The position numbers were made by a program, and so were the translations under genes. The notes beneath the pieces were generated by a model, which had not been told where the DNA came from, ran no database searches, and worked only from the letters and a program-made list of their open reading frames with translations. 64,000 bases of DNA from an uncultured Acidobacteriota bacterium (lineage in GTDB: Bacteria; Acidobacteriota; Vicinamibacteria; Vicinamibacterales; UBA2999): NCBI GenBank assembly GCA_963779175.1, contig CAVZXA010000007.1, forward strand, positions 281,086-345,085. The letters are read 5' to 3'. Position 1 is the first letter of the stretch. Every line of letters begins with the position of its first letter. Positions 34,665 through 47,091 of the stretch are shown one piece after another.

Positions 34665-35585
34665 ATGAAGAAGTTGATGTTCGCTCTCGCGACCGTGGTC
34701 GTGGCGGCCGGGGCCTTCACGACGGCCCAGCAGGGACAGCGGCGCGCGCCGGACCCGCGCTCGATGGGCGGCGGCGATTGCCGCGACAATCCCTACAACT
34801 GCGCCGACGCGCCCAACCCGCTCCCCAAAGCCGACACCGTGTGGCTCGAAGAGATGACGTGGATGGACGTGCGCGACGCCCTCAAGGCGGGCAAGACCAC
34901 CGCCATCATCTCGACTGGCGGCATCGAGCCGAACGGGCCGTGGCTGGTGACCGGCAAGCACAACTACGTGCTGCACGCCAACTGCGACGCCATCGCCCGC
35001 AAGCTCGGCAACGCCATCTGCGCGCCGATCGTGAAGTACGTGCCCGAGGGCGACATCGAGAAGAAGACCGGCCACATGGCCAGCCCCGGCACCATCACGA
35101 TGCGTGAAGAAACGTTCCAGGCGGTGCTGACCGACGTGGCCGAGAGCCTGCAGGCGCACGGCTTCAAGACCATCGTCTTCATCGGCGACAGCGGCGGCAA
35201 CCAGAAGGGCCAGCAGACCGTGGCCGACACGCTCACCACCAAGTGGGCCGGCAAGGCGATCGCCCTGCACATTCCCGAGTACTACACCTACAACGTCGTG
35301 ACCAAACACTTCGAGGATCAGGGCCTGCTGCCGAAGGATCGCAAGAGCGACGGCATGCACGACGACCCGATCATCACGCTCAACATGTTCATCGACGATC
35401 CGAAGTCGGTGCGCTACGACGAGCGGGTAAAGGCGGGTAAGGCCTCGATCGACAGCGTCTCGATTGCCGACCGCGCCAAGGCCAGCGATCTGGCGAAGAA
35501 GATCGTGGCGTTCCGCGCCGACTACACCATCGCCGCCATCAACAAGGGCATTGCCGCCAGGGGCAAAGCCACGATGGCGCAGTAA
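34665..35585 (+). CDS. Exported creatininase-family amidohydrolase
   Basis: Signal; WLEEMTWMDVRD; TGGIEPNGPWLVTGKHN; PGTIT; GDSGGNQ; GAGGAG SD. Confidence 0.85.
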   Translation: MKKLMFALATVVVAAGAFTTAQQGQRRAPDPRSMGGGDCRDNPYNCADAPNPLPKADTVWLEEMTWMDVRDALKAGKTTAIISTGGIEPNGPWLVTGKHNYVLHANCDAIARKLGNAICAPIVKYVPEGDIEKKTGHMASPGTITMREETFQAVLTDVAESLQAHGFKTIVFIGDSGGNQKGQQTVADTLTTKWAGKAIALHIPEYYTYNVVTKHFEDQGLLPKDRKSDGMHDDPIITLNMFIDDPKSVRYDERVKAGKASIDSVSIADRAKASDLAKKIVAFRADYTIAAINKGIAARGKATMAQ

Positions 35586-35696
35586 CGGCGCGACTGCAGG
35601 CGCTGCCCTGACCATCCGCGTGCGGACCGCCGGAGCCCGGCTCCGGCGTCCGCCGCGCCTTCGAAGCCCTCTCCCTCTGCTCGAGGTGCTGCCGCC

Positions 35697-38214
35697 GTGA
35701 TCGGCACGACCATCGGTCCGTATCGAATCCTGCGCGAACTCGGGCAGGGCGGCATGGGCACGGTCGTGCTCGCCGAAGACACGCGCCTGGGCCGTCACGT
35801 CGCCCTCAAGACCGTCTCGGGGGCACAGGCCGGCACCTCCGGCGGCCGCGCGCAACTACTCGACGAAGCTCGCGCCGCTGCCGCGCTCTCGCACCCGGCC
35901 ATCGCCGCCGTGCACGACGTCATCGAACACGACGGCAACATCGCCATCGTCTTCGAGCTGGTCGAAGGCGAAACCCTCGCCGCGCGCCTCGCCAAGGGGC
36001 CGCTCCCCGAAGAACAGGCCGTCGCCATCGCCGTGCAGATCGCCGACGCGCTGGCCGTCGCGCACGGCGCGCGGGTGCTGCACCGGGATCTCAAGCCCTC
36101 GAACATCATGCTGGCGCCCGGCGGCGTCGTGAAGATCCTCGACTTCGGCATCGCGCGCTTCCGGCCGGTCGGGCATCAGGCGCCGGCCGACAGCCACGGC
36201 GACGAGGGCTTCATGGGCACGCCCGGCTACGTCGCGCCCGAACAGTGGACCGGCAAGGCCGTGGACGAACGGGCCGATCTCTACGCGCTCGGGGTGGTGC
36301 TGTTCGAGATGCTGACGGGGAAGCGCCCGTTCCCGGAGCGCGAGCCGTTCACGCTGGCGCTGGCCGCCATCGACCGCATCGCCCGCCGCGTGTCGTCACT
36401 GCGGCCCGGCGTCGCGCCGGCGCTCGACAAGCTGGTGGCGCGGTTGCTGGCCGCCGATCCGGCGCTGCGTCCGCCGCGGGCGCGCGTGGTCGCCGACGAG
36501 TTGCGGCAGTTGCAGACGCCGCCGCTGCCGCCTCCGCCTCCGCCGTGGAAGGGGTGGGCCGCACTGGCCGCGCTGGTGGTGGCCGCAGGCGCCGGCGGGC
36601 TGTGGTGGTTCCTGCGGCCGGTGCGGCTCGACGTCAGCAATCCGGTGATCGCCGTGCTGCCGCTGGCCAACCAGACCGGCGACGCCTCGAACGACTACCT
36701 GGCGGCTGGTGTCGCCGACAGCCTGGTCACGAGCCTGGCGTCGTTTCCGGCCGTGACGACGCTGTCGCGGGCGATGGTCGCCGAAGCGCGTGGCCGCCTG
36801 TCGACGCCGAGTGCCATCGCGCGCGACCTCGGCGCGACGCTGGTCGTCGATGGCGCGGTGCAGCGGCAGAACGACCAGTTGCGCATCTCGCTCAGCCTCA
36901 TCTGGCCGGATGGCCGCATCGCCTGGGCCGAAGCGGCGGAAGGGCCGGCCCGCGACGTGTTCGCGATTCAGGCGCGGCTCGCCAGCGCCCTCGGCAGCGC
37001 GCTCAGCGTGCAGATGTCGGCCGACGACGAGACGCGTCTTGAGACGCCGCCCACCTCCAACGCCAACGCCCTCGATGCGTTCTGGCGCGGCCGCGCGCTG
37101 CTCGAGCGGCGCGACACGCCCGGCAACCTCCAGCTCGCCGAGGTGGCGTTCAAGGAGGCGCTGCGTCTCGATGCCCGCTTCGTCGATGCGCACGCCGCGC
37201 TCGGCGAGACTTACTGGGAGCTCTACAACACGACGCGGGACGCCGCGTTCGTGCCTCAGGCGCAGCGGGCCAGCGCCGCGGCGCTGGCGCTGGCGCCCGA
37301 TGTCGCGGCCGTGCGGCTGGCGCTGGGCATCACGCTCACGAGCAGCGGGCGCAACGCCGAAGCCGTGCAGGAGCTGCAGCGCGCCCTGGCGATGCGGCCC
37401 AACGACGACGAGGCGCGACGCTACCTCGGGAAAGCCCTGGCCGCACTCGGCCGCATCGACGAGGCGGTGGCGGAATGGCGCAAGGCGCTCACCATCCGTC
37501 CCAACAACTGGCAGGCATTGAGCGACATGGGACGGGCGCTGTTCGTGGCGCGCCGACTGCCCGAGGCCGAGGCGGTGTACCGCCAGCTCATCGAGCTGCG
37601 GCCCGACAACGTCATCGGCCACCAGGGACTAGGCACCGTGTTGCAGGCGCTCGACCGCATCCCCGAGGCGCTCGAGTCGTACCGAGCGCGCCACCGCGAT
37701 TACCCCCGCCGGGCAGACCCTGTCGAACATGGGCACGCTCTATTACCAGCGGCGCGAATATGCCCGGGCGGTCGACGCCTACCGCCGGGCGATCGCGCTG
37801 CGGCCGAACTCGGCCCCGACGCACCGCAATCTGGGCGACCTGCTGACGCAGATGGGGCGCCGGGACGAGGCACTGGCGTCGTATCAGCGGGCGCTCGATC
37901 TGGCCGAAGCCGCCCATCAGGTGAACCCGGCCGACGCGCAGAACCTGGCGGAACTGGCGGTCTACGCGGTGAAGACCGGGCGCATCCAGCGTGCCGTGGA
38001 GCAGGCCACCGAAGCCACGCGCCTGACGCCGAACGCCCAGGGGGTCTGGTGGCTCGCCTCGCACGTCCACGCCCTGGCCGGCAACCGCGCGGCGGCGCTC
38101 GAGGCACTGACGCGGGCGCTGGCGCTGGGCCGGTCGAAGGCGGACGCGGCCGCGGCCGAGGAACTGGCCTCGCTGCGCGACGATCCGGCCTTCCGGCGCC
38201 TCATCGCCGGCTGA
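35697..38214 (+). CDS. Membrane Ser/Thr protein kinase with TolB-N-like and TPR domains; frameshift near 37690
   Basis: GQGGMG, VALK, HRDLKPSN, DFG, GTPGYVAPE; TM helix; IAVLPLAN; TPRs continue in ORF 37729..38214. Confidence 0.9.
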
Positions 38215-38297
38215 GGGCGCGAGGCCGTCCGGGGCGTTTCGTCGCCTTCCCGTGGTGTATCGTTATGCCGCCGCCTTGCGGCAAGGAGCCGTTCACC

Positions 38298-38627
38298 ATG
38301 TCCCGACCCCGAGTGCGCTACGCGACGATCTTCGTCTTCCCACCGCCCGCCAAGGGCAAGGCGCCGGTTGTCAGCACCTCGCCCGAACGCCTGACCGTCC
38401 GCGCCGGCGAATCCGTCGAGTGGACCATCGTCAACGCCACCGGCACTCCGGGGCGGCTCTCGATCGGCTGGGAGAAGCGCAATCCGCTCAAAGGCGAATC
38501 CGGCAGCCCGTTCGAGCGCCGCACACGCGACGTCGTCCGCGCGAAGGCCGAGCCGGGCATCTACAAGTACAACGTGCTGCTCGACGGCAAGGTCGTGTTC
38601 GACCCCGAACTCGAGATCATGAGCTAG
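38298..38627 (+). CDS. Small beta-sandwich hypothetical protein
   Basis: AAGGAG SD; MSRPRVRYATIFV...PERLTVRAGESVEW...GIYKYNVLLDGKVVFDPELEIMS. Confidence 0.7.
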   Translation: MSRPRVRYATIFVFPPPAKGKAPVVSTSPERLTVRAGESVEWTIVNATGTPGRLSIGWEKRNPLKGESGSPFERRTRDVVRAKAEPGIYKYNVLLDGKVVFDPELEIMS

Positions 38628-38690
38628 CGCCTGCCGGGCGACCGCTGGGCGATTGACGCCGGTTCCTGATCCCGCTACCCTCATTTTCTG

Positions 38691-39152
38691 ATGTCCCTCG
38701 TGCGTCGGCACCTGCGTCGCGGCGTCACCACGTGGCTCCTGTGCCACGCGCTGACGTTCACGGCGCTCGTGCCGCGTGACTGCTGCGCCGCGCACTCCCA
38801 CGGAACGCATGACGCGGCCGTGCCCGCCGCCGCCGACGGAGAGGCGCCCTGTCACGAGGTGGCCGTGCCCGCCCCGGCCCCCGGCGCCCACTGCGAGATG
38901 GCGGCTGAAGATGGTGCCGCCTGCCCGATGCATGCCTCGCCAGCGTCGCCGCTCTCCGCGGCCGATTGCGCGCTGAGTGGCTCATGCCAGGCGCCGGCCG
39001 CGGCGCTTGCCGCGGTGCTGATGCAGGCCGCGGTGCTGTCGCCCTCCTCGCTCCACACGCCGCACCTGGTCCCCGAGGCGGTGTCGCGGCCGCCCGACGT
39101 CTCCCCGCGATCCCTCGCCAGCCCGCCCGACGCGCCGCCACCGCGCGCCTGA
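38691..39152 (+). CDS. Cys/His-rich leader protein with Pro-rich C-terminus (CutF/CruR/DUF2946-like)
   Basis: Basic-hydrophobic N-terminus; CCAAHSH, PCHE, HCEM, CPMH, CALSGSC; ends PPDAPPPRA directly upstream of a TonB receptor. Confidence 0.7.
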   Translation: MSLVRRHLRRGVTTWLLCHALTFTALVPRDCCAAHSHGTHDAAVPAAADGEAPCHEVAVPAPAPGAHCEMAAEDGAACPMHASPASPLSAADCALSGSCQAPAAALAAVLMQAAVLSPSSLHTPHLVPEAVSRPPDVSPRSLASPPDAPPPRA

Positions 39153-39228
39153 ACCCCGCTCCAGATCCGTTCGTTGCGGAAACGCCCGTCGTGGGCCTCC
39201 GCGTGGAGTGACGTGTTCAGGCGAGGTG
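39139..39228 (+). promoter_or_regulatory. Predicted SD-sequestering RNA helix between leader ORF end and TonB receptor RBS
   Basis: CGCCTGAAC (39146-39154) is the exact reverse complement of GTTCAGGCG (39215-39223); CACC (39139-39142) can pair with GGTG (39225-39228) of SD GAGGTG. Confidence 0.6.
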
Positions 39229-39232
39229 TCCC

Positions 39233-42067
39233 ATGTTCGGATATGCAGGAGCGCTGGCGGCGTGTGCCGTCGCGCTGGTCGTGGCCGTGCCGGTCGCGGC
39301 TCAGGAATCAATCAATCACGCCAGCGTGAGTGGGCGCGTCACTGACGCGCAGGGCGCGGTCGTGCCCGGTGCCACGGTCACGGCCCGGCAGGTCGAAACG
39401 GATGTCTCGGCGTCGGGCGTCACCGACGAGGGCGGCCGCTTCCGGTTCCCGTATCTGCGGGTCGGCACCTACGACCTCAGCGTCCAGCTCGCCGGGTTCG
39501 CCGAGGCCCGCCGCCGCATCGCCCTGTCGGTCGGGGCCGCGTTCGAGATCCCGTTCGTGCTCGCCGTGGAAGGCGTGGCCGCGAGCGTCGATCGTCGCCG
39601 CCGAGGCGCCGGTGCTCGAATCGGCCCGCAGTCAGATCGCGACCACCGTGTCGGTGGCGGAGGTGCAGGCCCTGCCGCTCAACGGCCGCAACTTCCTCGA
39701 CATCGCGCTGCTGGCGCCGGGCGTCGCGCCGCCGAACATCAACAGCACGCAGCTCTTCGCCGAGACCTCCGCCGTGCAGGGCGTCGGGTCTGTCGGTGGG
39801 CAGCCAGCGCAACCTGTCGAACAGCTTCATCGTGGACGGGCTGTCGGCCAACGACGATGCCGCGGGCCTGAGCGGATTGCCGTACGGCGTCGATGCGGTC
39901 GAGCAGTTCCAGGTCGTCAGCTCCGGCGGCCAGGCCGAACTGGGCCGCGCGCTCGGCGGCTACGTGAACGTCGTGACGCGCAGCGGCACCAACCAGCTGC
40001 GCGGCACCGCCTACGGGTTCTTCCGCGACGATGCGCTCAATGCGCCGAACGCGCTGTCGGGCACCACGCTGCCGATGGCGCAGCAGCAGTACGGCGCCAG
40101 CGTCGGCGGCCCGATCCGCCGCGGGCGCACGTTCTACTTCGTGAACGCCGAGCAGCGTCGGCTCGACCAGTCGGGCTTTGCCACCATCAGCGCCGCCAAC
40201 CTGGCCACCGTGAACGCGCGGCTGGCGGCCACCGGCTACCCGGGGCAGGCGATTGCGACCGGCATCTTCGAGACGCCGATCGACAGCGTCCATCTGCTGG
40301 GAAAGATCGACCACGCCTTCACCGGCCGCGACCAGCTCAGCGTGCGCTACAGCCTCTACGACGTCGCCTCAGAGAACTCGCGCGGCGCCGGCGGGCTGAG
40401 TGCGCCGTCGGCGTCGGCCGGGATCGACAACCGCGACCAGGCGGTGTCGGTGAGCAACACGCTGACGCTCGGCGCCCGCACGGTCAACGAGACGCGCGCG
40501 CAGTTCACTTACAGCGACCTGCTGGCGCTGCCGGCCGATCCGTTCGGTCCGGCCGTCAACATCGCCGGCGTGGCGTCGTTCGGGACGTTTCCGTCGAGTC
40601 CGCAGGGCCGCCTGAACACGATGGTCCAGGTGGTGAACACGGTCGCCCAGCAGCGCGGCGCGCATGCGCTGCGCGCCGGCGTCGATGTGATCCACAACGA
40701 CGACACCATCACCTTTCCCCGAGCCGTCCGCGGGTCCTACGCGTTCTCGTCGCTGGCGAACTTCCTGGCCGGCACCTACAACAACGCCGGCTTCACGCAG
40801 ACCTTCGGCGACACCGTGGTGCAGCAGGGCAGCACCAGCCTCGGCCTCTACGCGCAGGACGAGTGGAGCGCCACGCCGCGTCTCACGCTCAACCTCGGCC
40901 TGCGCTACGACCTGCAGCAGCTCGAGACCGTCGACACCGACACCAACAACGTCTCGCCGCGGGCGGGCTTCGCGTGGACGCCGTTCGACTCGCGCGAGCT
41001 GGTCGTGCGCGGCAGCGCCGGCCTCTACTTCGATCGGGTGCCGCTGCGGGCGCTTGCCAACGCGCTGCTGTCGGCCGACAACACCACCGACCTGGCGAAG
41101 CTGCGCCAGCGCAACATCGCGCTCACGCCCGGCCAGGCGGGCGCGCCGGTGTTCCCGGGTATCCTGCCGGCCCCCGTGCCATCGGTGACGCTCTTCACTC
41201 TGACGACGATGCAGCGCGACCTGCAGAACGCCTATTCGCGTCAGGCCAGTCTCGAGGTCGAGCGGCAGATCGGCCGCTTCGGCACGGCCAGCGCCGGCTA
41301 TTCGTATCTGCAGCGGGCGCAACCTGATGATGCAGATCAACCAGAACGTGCCGTCGTGCGTGGCCGCCGGCACCAACAACGGCTGCCGGCCGATTGCCGA
41401 CTACGCCAACAACAACCAGTACCGGTCGGCGGGCGAGCTCGACCTACCACGCGCTGCTGCTGTCGTTTGCGCGGCGGCCCGGCGCGCGTGGGGCTACTAC
41501 CGGGCCAGCTACACGCTGTCGAAGGCCGAGAACAACGTCGGCGAGTTCTTCTTCAGCGGGCCCATCGATCCGTTCGATCTCGACAAGGACTGGAGCCGCG
41601 CCGACAACGATCGCCGGCACACGTTCGTGTTCTCGGCCGGGCTCAACTCGCCGATGACGCCGGCCACGACGGTGTGGCAGCACCTCACGCACGGCTTCCA
41701 GGTGAGCACGCTGCTGCAGGCCTATTCGGCGGCGCCGTTCAACATCACCTCCGGCGCTGACCACCGTGCAGGGCACGGCCGGCCGGCCGATCGTGAACGG
41801 CGAGTTCATCCCGCGCAACTCCGGCGTGGGCGACGAGTTCTTCTCGCTGGGCCTGCGGGCGAGCCGGGCCTTCCGCGTCGCCGACACGGTCACGGTCGAA
41901 GCGCGTGGCCGAGGTCTTCAATCTCACCGAACGCGGTGAACGAAATCGCGCGCAACGCCAACTTCGGCGCCGGCGCCTATCCGACGACGCCGTCGGCGAC
42001 CTACAACCAGGTCACCGCGGTGGGCGATCCGCGCGCCTGGCAACTGGCGCTGCGCGTGCGCTTTTAG
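39233..42067 (+). CDS. TonB-dependent receptor (carboxypeptidase-regulatory N-domain, Oar-like); several frameshifts
   Basis: Signal; SGRVTDAQGAVVPGATV; LPLNGRNFLDIALLAPG; NVVTRSGTN; YAQDEW..LTLNLGLRYD; C-terminal PRAWQLALRVRF. Confidence 0.9.
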
Positions 42068-42080
42068 CGATCGTTGTCTT

Positions 42081-42095
42081 TGGGGTCAGACCCCA
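42081..42095. repeat. REP-like palindrome TGGGGTCAGACCCCA
   Basis: Intergenic, just after the TonB receptor stop. Confidence 0.72.
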
Positions 42096-42128
42096 TGCTG
42101 GGCGGGGCCAGACTTTCAGGAGTGCCGT

Positions 42129-43465
42129 ATGACGGATTTGCGCAAGTGGCAGATAGGACTGACGTCGATGGTCGTGCTGACGTGCGCGATGGCGCCGGCC
42201 GCCAGGCAGGCGCCGACGGGCGTCGACTCCGGCGTCACCCTGGCCGTGGCCGGACGTCACAACGCCGCGCCGTGGGTGGCGTCGTCGGGACGGTTCGTCG
42301 CCGTCACGTGGGGCGCCGGCCTCGACAGCGCGTGGGACATCTACGTGGCGACAAGCGCGGACGAGGGCCGGACCTTCTCCGCGCCGGTGCGCGTCAACGC
42401 CGTGGCCGGCGATGGCCGCGTGAGCGGCGAGATTCCGCCGCGCGTGGCGCTCCATCAGCCGGCGGGCGCCGCCGCAGCCCGAGGTGGTCGTGGCCTGGAA
42501 CGCGAAGGACCAGGGCACCGAGATCAAGATCGCGCGCAGCCGCGACTTCGGCCGGACGTTCGCACCGCCGGCGTCGCTGCAGGCACCAGGCGCCGCCGGC
42601 GACCGCGGCTGGCACGCGCTCACGCTCGACAGTCGCGGCGTCGCGCACGTGGTGTGGCTCGATCACCGCGGCCTCGCCGAAGCATCGGCGCGCGCCGACG
42701 CGAAGGCGGGCGCGGGCGGCCACGGCAGCGGGGATCACGACGGCGTGGCGATGGCCCAGAAGTCGCGGCTGCACTACGCGACGTTCGGCGATCGGGCGGC
42801 GCCCGAGCAGAAGCTCGCCCCGGGCGTGTGTTATTGCTGCAAGACGGCGCTCGTGGCCACGCGCGGCGGCATCCTCGCGGCGTGGCGCCACGTGTACGAC
42901 GGCAACATGCGCGACATGGCGTTTGCGATTCTGGGCACGCCTGGTGCGGCTCGCCAATCCCGCCCGGCTCAGCACCGACGGCTGGGCCATCAACGGGTGT
43001 CCCGACGACGGCCCGGCGCTCGCCGTGGATGCCGGCGATCGTGTGCATGCCATCTGGCCCACGGTGATTCCGGGCGACCAGCCGATCGGCGCGCTTTTCT
43101 ACGCCTCGAAGGCCGGGACGGCGCCCGCGTTCGGCGCCCGCCAGCGGGTGGCCACGCTCGGCGCCCCCAAGCCGTCGCATCCCCAGGTGGCGGTCGATGG
43201 CACCGGCCATCTGTTCGTGGCGTGGGACGAGATCCTGAGCGGCGTCCGCGTCGCGGCGTACGCTGAGGGCACGAGCGGGCCTGAGGGCAGCCTGCGCCTC
43301 GCTGCGCCGACGCGGATCGCGCCCACCGGCCCGACGCAGTATCCGGTGATGGCGCCGCTGGCCCGCGGCGTCGTTGCCGCCTGGGTGAGCGGGCCCCAGG
43401 GCACGGCGGTGATTCGCGTGCGACACCTGGTCGCAGGCAACGCGGCCGCGACGGCCGCACGATAG
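42129..43465 (+). CDS. Exported BNR/sialidase-like protein with Cys motifs; frameshifts near 42478 and 42945
   Basis: SADEGRTFS and SRDFGRTF Asp-boxes; VWLDHR; GVCYCCKT; WRHVY..NMRD; GWAINGCPDDGP. Confidence 0.8.
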
Positions 43466-43474
43466 GAGACAGCC

Positions 43475-44158
43475 ATGACACGACTCCACATTGCAGGTGC
43501 ACTGCTCTTCGCCGCCGGCCTCCTCGCCGGCCCCGCCCGAGCGCAGGAACACGCGGGCCAGAAGCCAGCGGCCATGGGCCACATGGACCACAAGTTCGAC
43601 GACCCCGAACGCTACGCGAAGTCGTTCGACGATCCGGCGCGTGACGCCTGGCAGATGCCGGCGCGCGTCATCGAGGCGCTGGCACTGAAGCCCGGGCAGA
43701 CGGTGGCGGACATCGGCGCCGGTACCGGCTACTTCAGCGTGCGCCTGGCGCGGGCCGCGGCGGCGCCGAAGGTCTTCGCGGTGGATCTCGAGCCGAAGAT
43801 GGTCGAGCACCTCACGAAGCGGGCGGCAGCCGAAGGCCTGAAGAACATCACCGCCGTGCAGGCCTCGGCGGCCAGCCCCAACCTGCCGGAGCCGGTCGAT
43901 GTCGTGCTCGTCATCGACACCTATCACCACATCGCCGACCGGCCGGCCTATTTCGCGGCCCTGAAGTCGAAGCTCACGCCCGGCGGACGGCTCGCCATCG
44001 TGGACTTCAGGAAGGGCGGTGGCGGCGACGGCCCGCCCGACGCGTTCCGGTTCACGCCTGAACAGATCAGCGGCGAATTGGCGCAGGCGGGATATGTGCT
44101 CGACCGCTCGCACGACTTCCTGCCGCGCCAGCACTATCTCGTCTATCGCACCAAGTAA
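43475..44158 (+). CDS. Class I SAM-dependent methyltransferase with signal peptide
   Basis: Signal ending ARA-QEH; RDAWQMP; VADIGAGTGYF; DTYHH; GGRLAIVDF. Confidence 0.88.
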   Translation: MTRLHIAGALLFAAGLLAGPARAQEHAGQKPAAMGHMDHKFDDPERYAKSFDDPARDAWQMPARVIEALALKPGQTVADIGAGTGYFSVRLARAAAAPKVFAVDLEPKMVEHLTKRAAAEGLKNITAVQASAASPNLPEPVDVVLVIDTYHHIADRPAYFAALKSKLTPGGRLAIVDFRKGGGGDGPPDAFRFTPEQISGELAQAGYVLDRSHDFLPRQHYLVYRTK

Positions 44159-44173
44159 GCGCCCGGAGGCTTC

Positions 44174-45050
44174 ATGACCCGTTCGTCGCTCGCGCTCCTG
44201 TTCTCTCCTGGCTCCTGGCCGCGCCGGCCGCCGCGCAGGCGCCCACAGCCGGTGACGATCCGCTTTGCGATGACCGCCGGGGCGATCGCCGCGTGACCTG
44301 CGCCTCGAGTGTCACCGGCGTGGGCACGACGAAGTCCGACGGTCAGCATCATCGACGCCCGCCTGTACGTGTCGCGGGTGCGGCTCGTCAAGGCCGACGG
44401 CGGCGAAGTGCCGGTCACGCTGACGCAGGACGGCCTGTGGCAGCTCGACGACGTGGCGCTGCTCGACTTCGAGAATGCCACGGGCAGCTTGCGCCAACGG
44501 CACCGAGCAGACCCGCGATGTCATCGAGGGCACGGCGCCGGCCGGGGACTACACCGGCGTGCGCTTCGAGGTCGGCCTGCCGTTCGAGAAGAACCACCGC
44601 GAGTCAGACGCTGCAGCCGTCGCCGCTCAACCTGAGCCGGCTGTTCTGGAGCTGGAACGCCGGCTACAAGTTCATGCGGCTCGACATCAAGCAGCACCGG
44701 GCAGCCGCGCGGCTGGCTGGTGCACCTGGGCAGCACCGCCTGCACGCCCGACCGGCAGCCCGCTCGATCGGTGCCGGTGTCGTGCGCGAACCGCAACGTG
44801 GTCGACGGTGGATCTGCCCGCGTTCTCGGCGACGCGCGACGTGGTCGAACTCGACTTGCCTCGCGCTCTTCGCGGCGAGCAACGTCGACACCAACACCGA
44901 CAAGACCGCGCTCGGCTGCATGTCGGGCCGGCAGCGACCCCGAGTGCGCACGGCCTGTTCGGGCAGCTCGGGCTGGCGCATCGCCGACAAGGCCGGCCGG
45001 TCCGCAGCAGGTCTTCCGCGTGAAGGCCGGCCGCCACGCTGGCGCGCTAG
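44174..45050 (+). CDS. mbnP: MbnP-family copper-binding protein; multiple frameshifts
   Basis: Pieced across frames: [59 protein letters not shown] (WxW), HLGSTAC, CANRN, GCMSG..DPEC. Confidence 0.82.
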
Positions 45051-45060
45051 GAGTCCGATC

Positions 45061-46583
<1,523 letters not shown>

Positions 46584-46585
46584 CC

Positions 46586-47060
46586 ATGGCGGGCACCATC
46601 CGACACCTGCTGCTGGTGGCGTCGATTGTCTGTGGCGTGGCGGCGATCGCTGAGGCGCGGCAGACGCCAGCGCATCAGCAGGCCGCCGATCTCGCGCACC
46701 AGCTCATGAGCCCGTTCTGTCCGGGCAAGCTGCTGGCCGATTGCACCTCGCCGAACGCGGGGGAGCTGCGCCAGGCGATTGAAGGCCGGCTCACCACCGG
46801 CGAAAGCGTGGATGCGATCAGGGCCGACCTCGTGCAGCAATACGGCCCGGAGATCCTCGGCGCGCCGCCGGCCCGCGGCGTGGGCCTGCTGGCGTGGCTG
46901 GTGCCGGCGCTGCTCGGTCTGGCCTCGGCCGCGGGCATCGGCTGGAAAGTGGCCCAGGCCGTGCGCGCGCCGGCCGCGGCGCCGGTCGCGCTGGCGGCGG
47001 CCGGGGCGAGATGCCGGCGCGCTGGCGCAGCTCGAGGACGAGCTGCGCGACCTCGACTGA
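46586..47060 (+). CDS. ccmH: CcmH/NrfF-like cytochrome c biogenesis protein; frameshift near 47010
   Basis: Signal; LMSPFCPGKLLADCTSPNA..LRQAI..GES..YGPEILGAPPARG..LLAWLVP; ends LEDELRDLD. Confidence 0.75.
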
Positions 47061-47091
47061 CGCGCGCGGCGCTTCGCGCTATCCTGATTCG

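Noticed and set aside
35697-38627. 976-aa ORF as a kinase fused to the small beta protein
   Set aside because: The join runs through out-of-frame Arg/Gly-rich sequence after the indel near 37690; the TPRs end at 38214 and the small gene has its own SD and ATG.
38691-39152. Cys-rich ORF as a methanobactin (MbnA) or other RiPP precursor
   Set aside because: Too long, no MbnA-like leader, and no MbnBC or other modifying enzyme in the window; a regulatory leader fits better.
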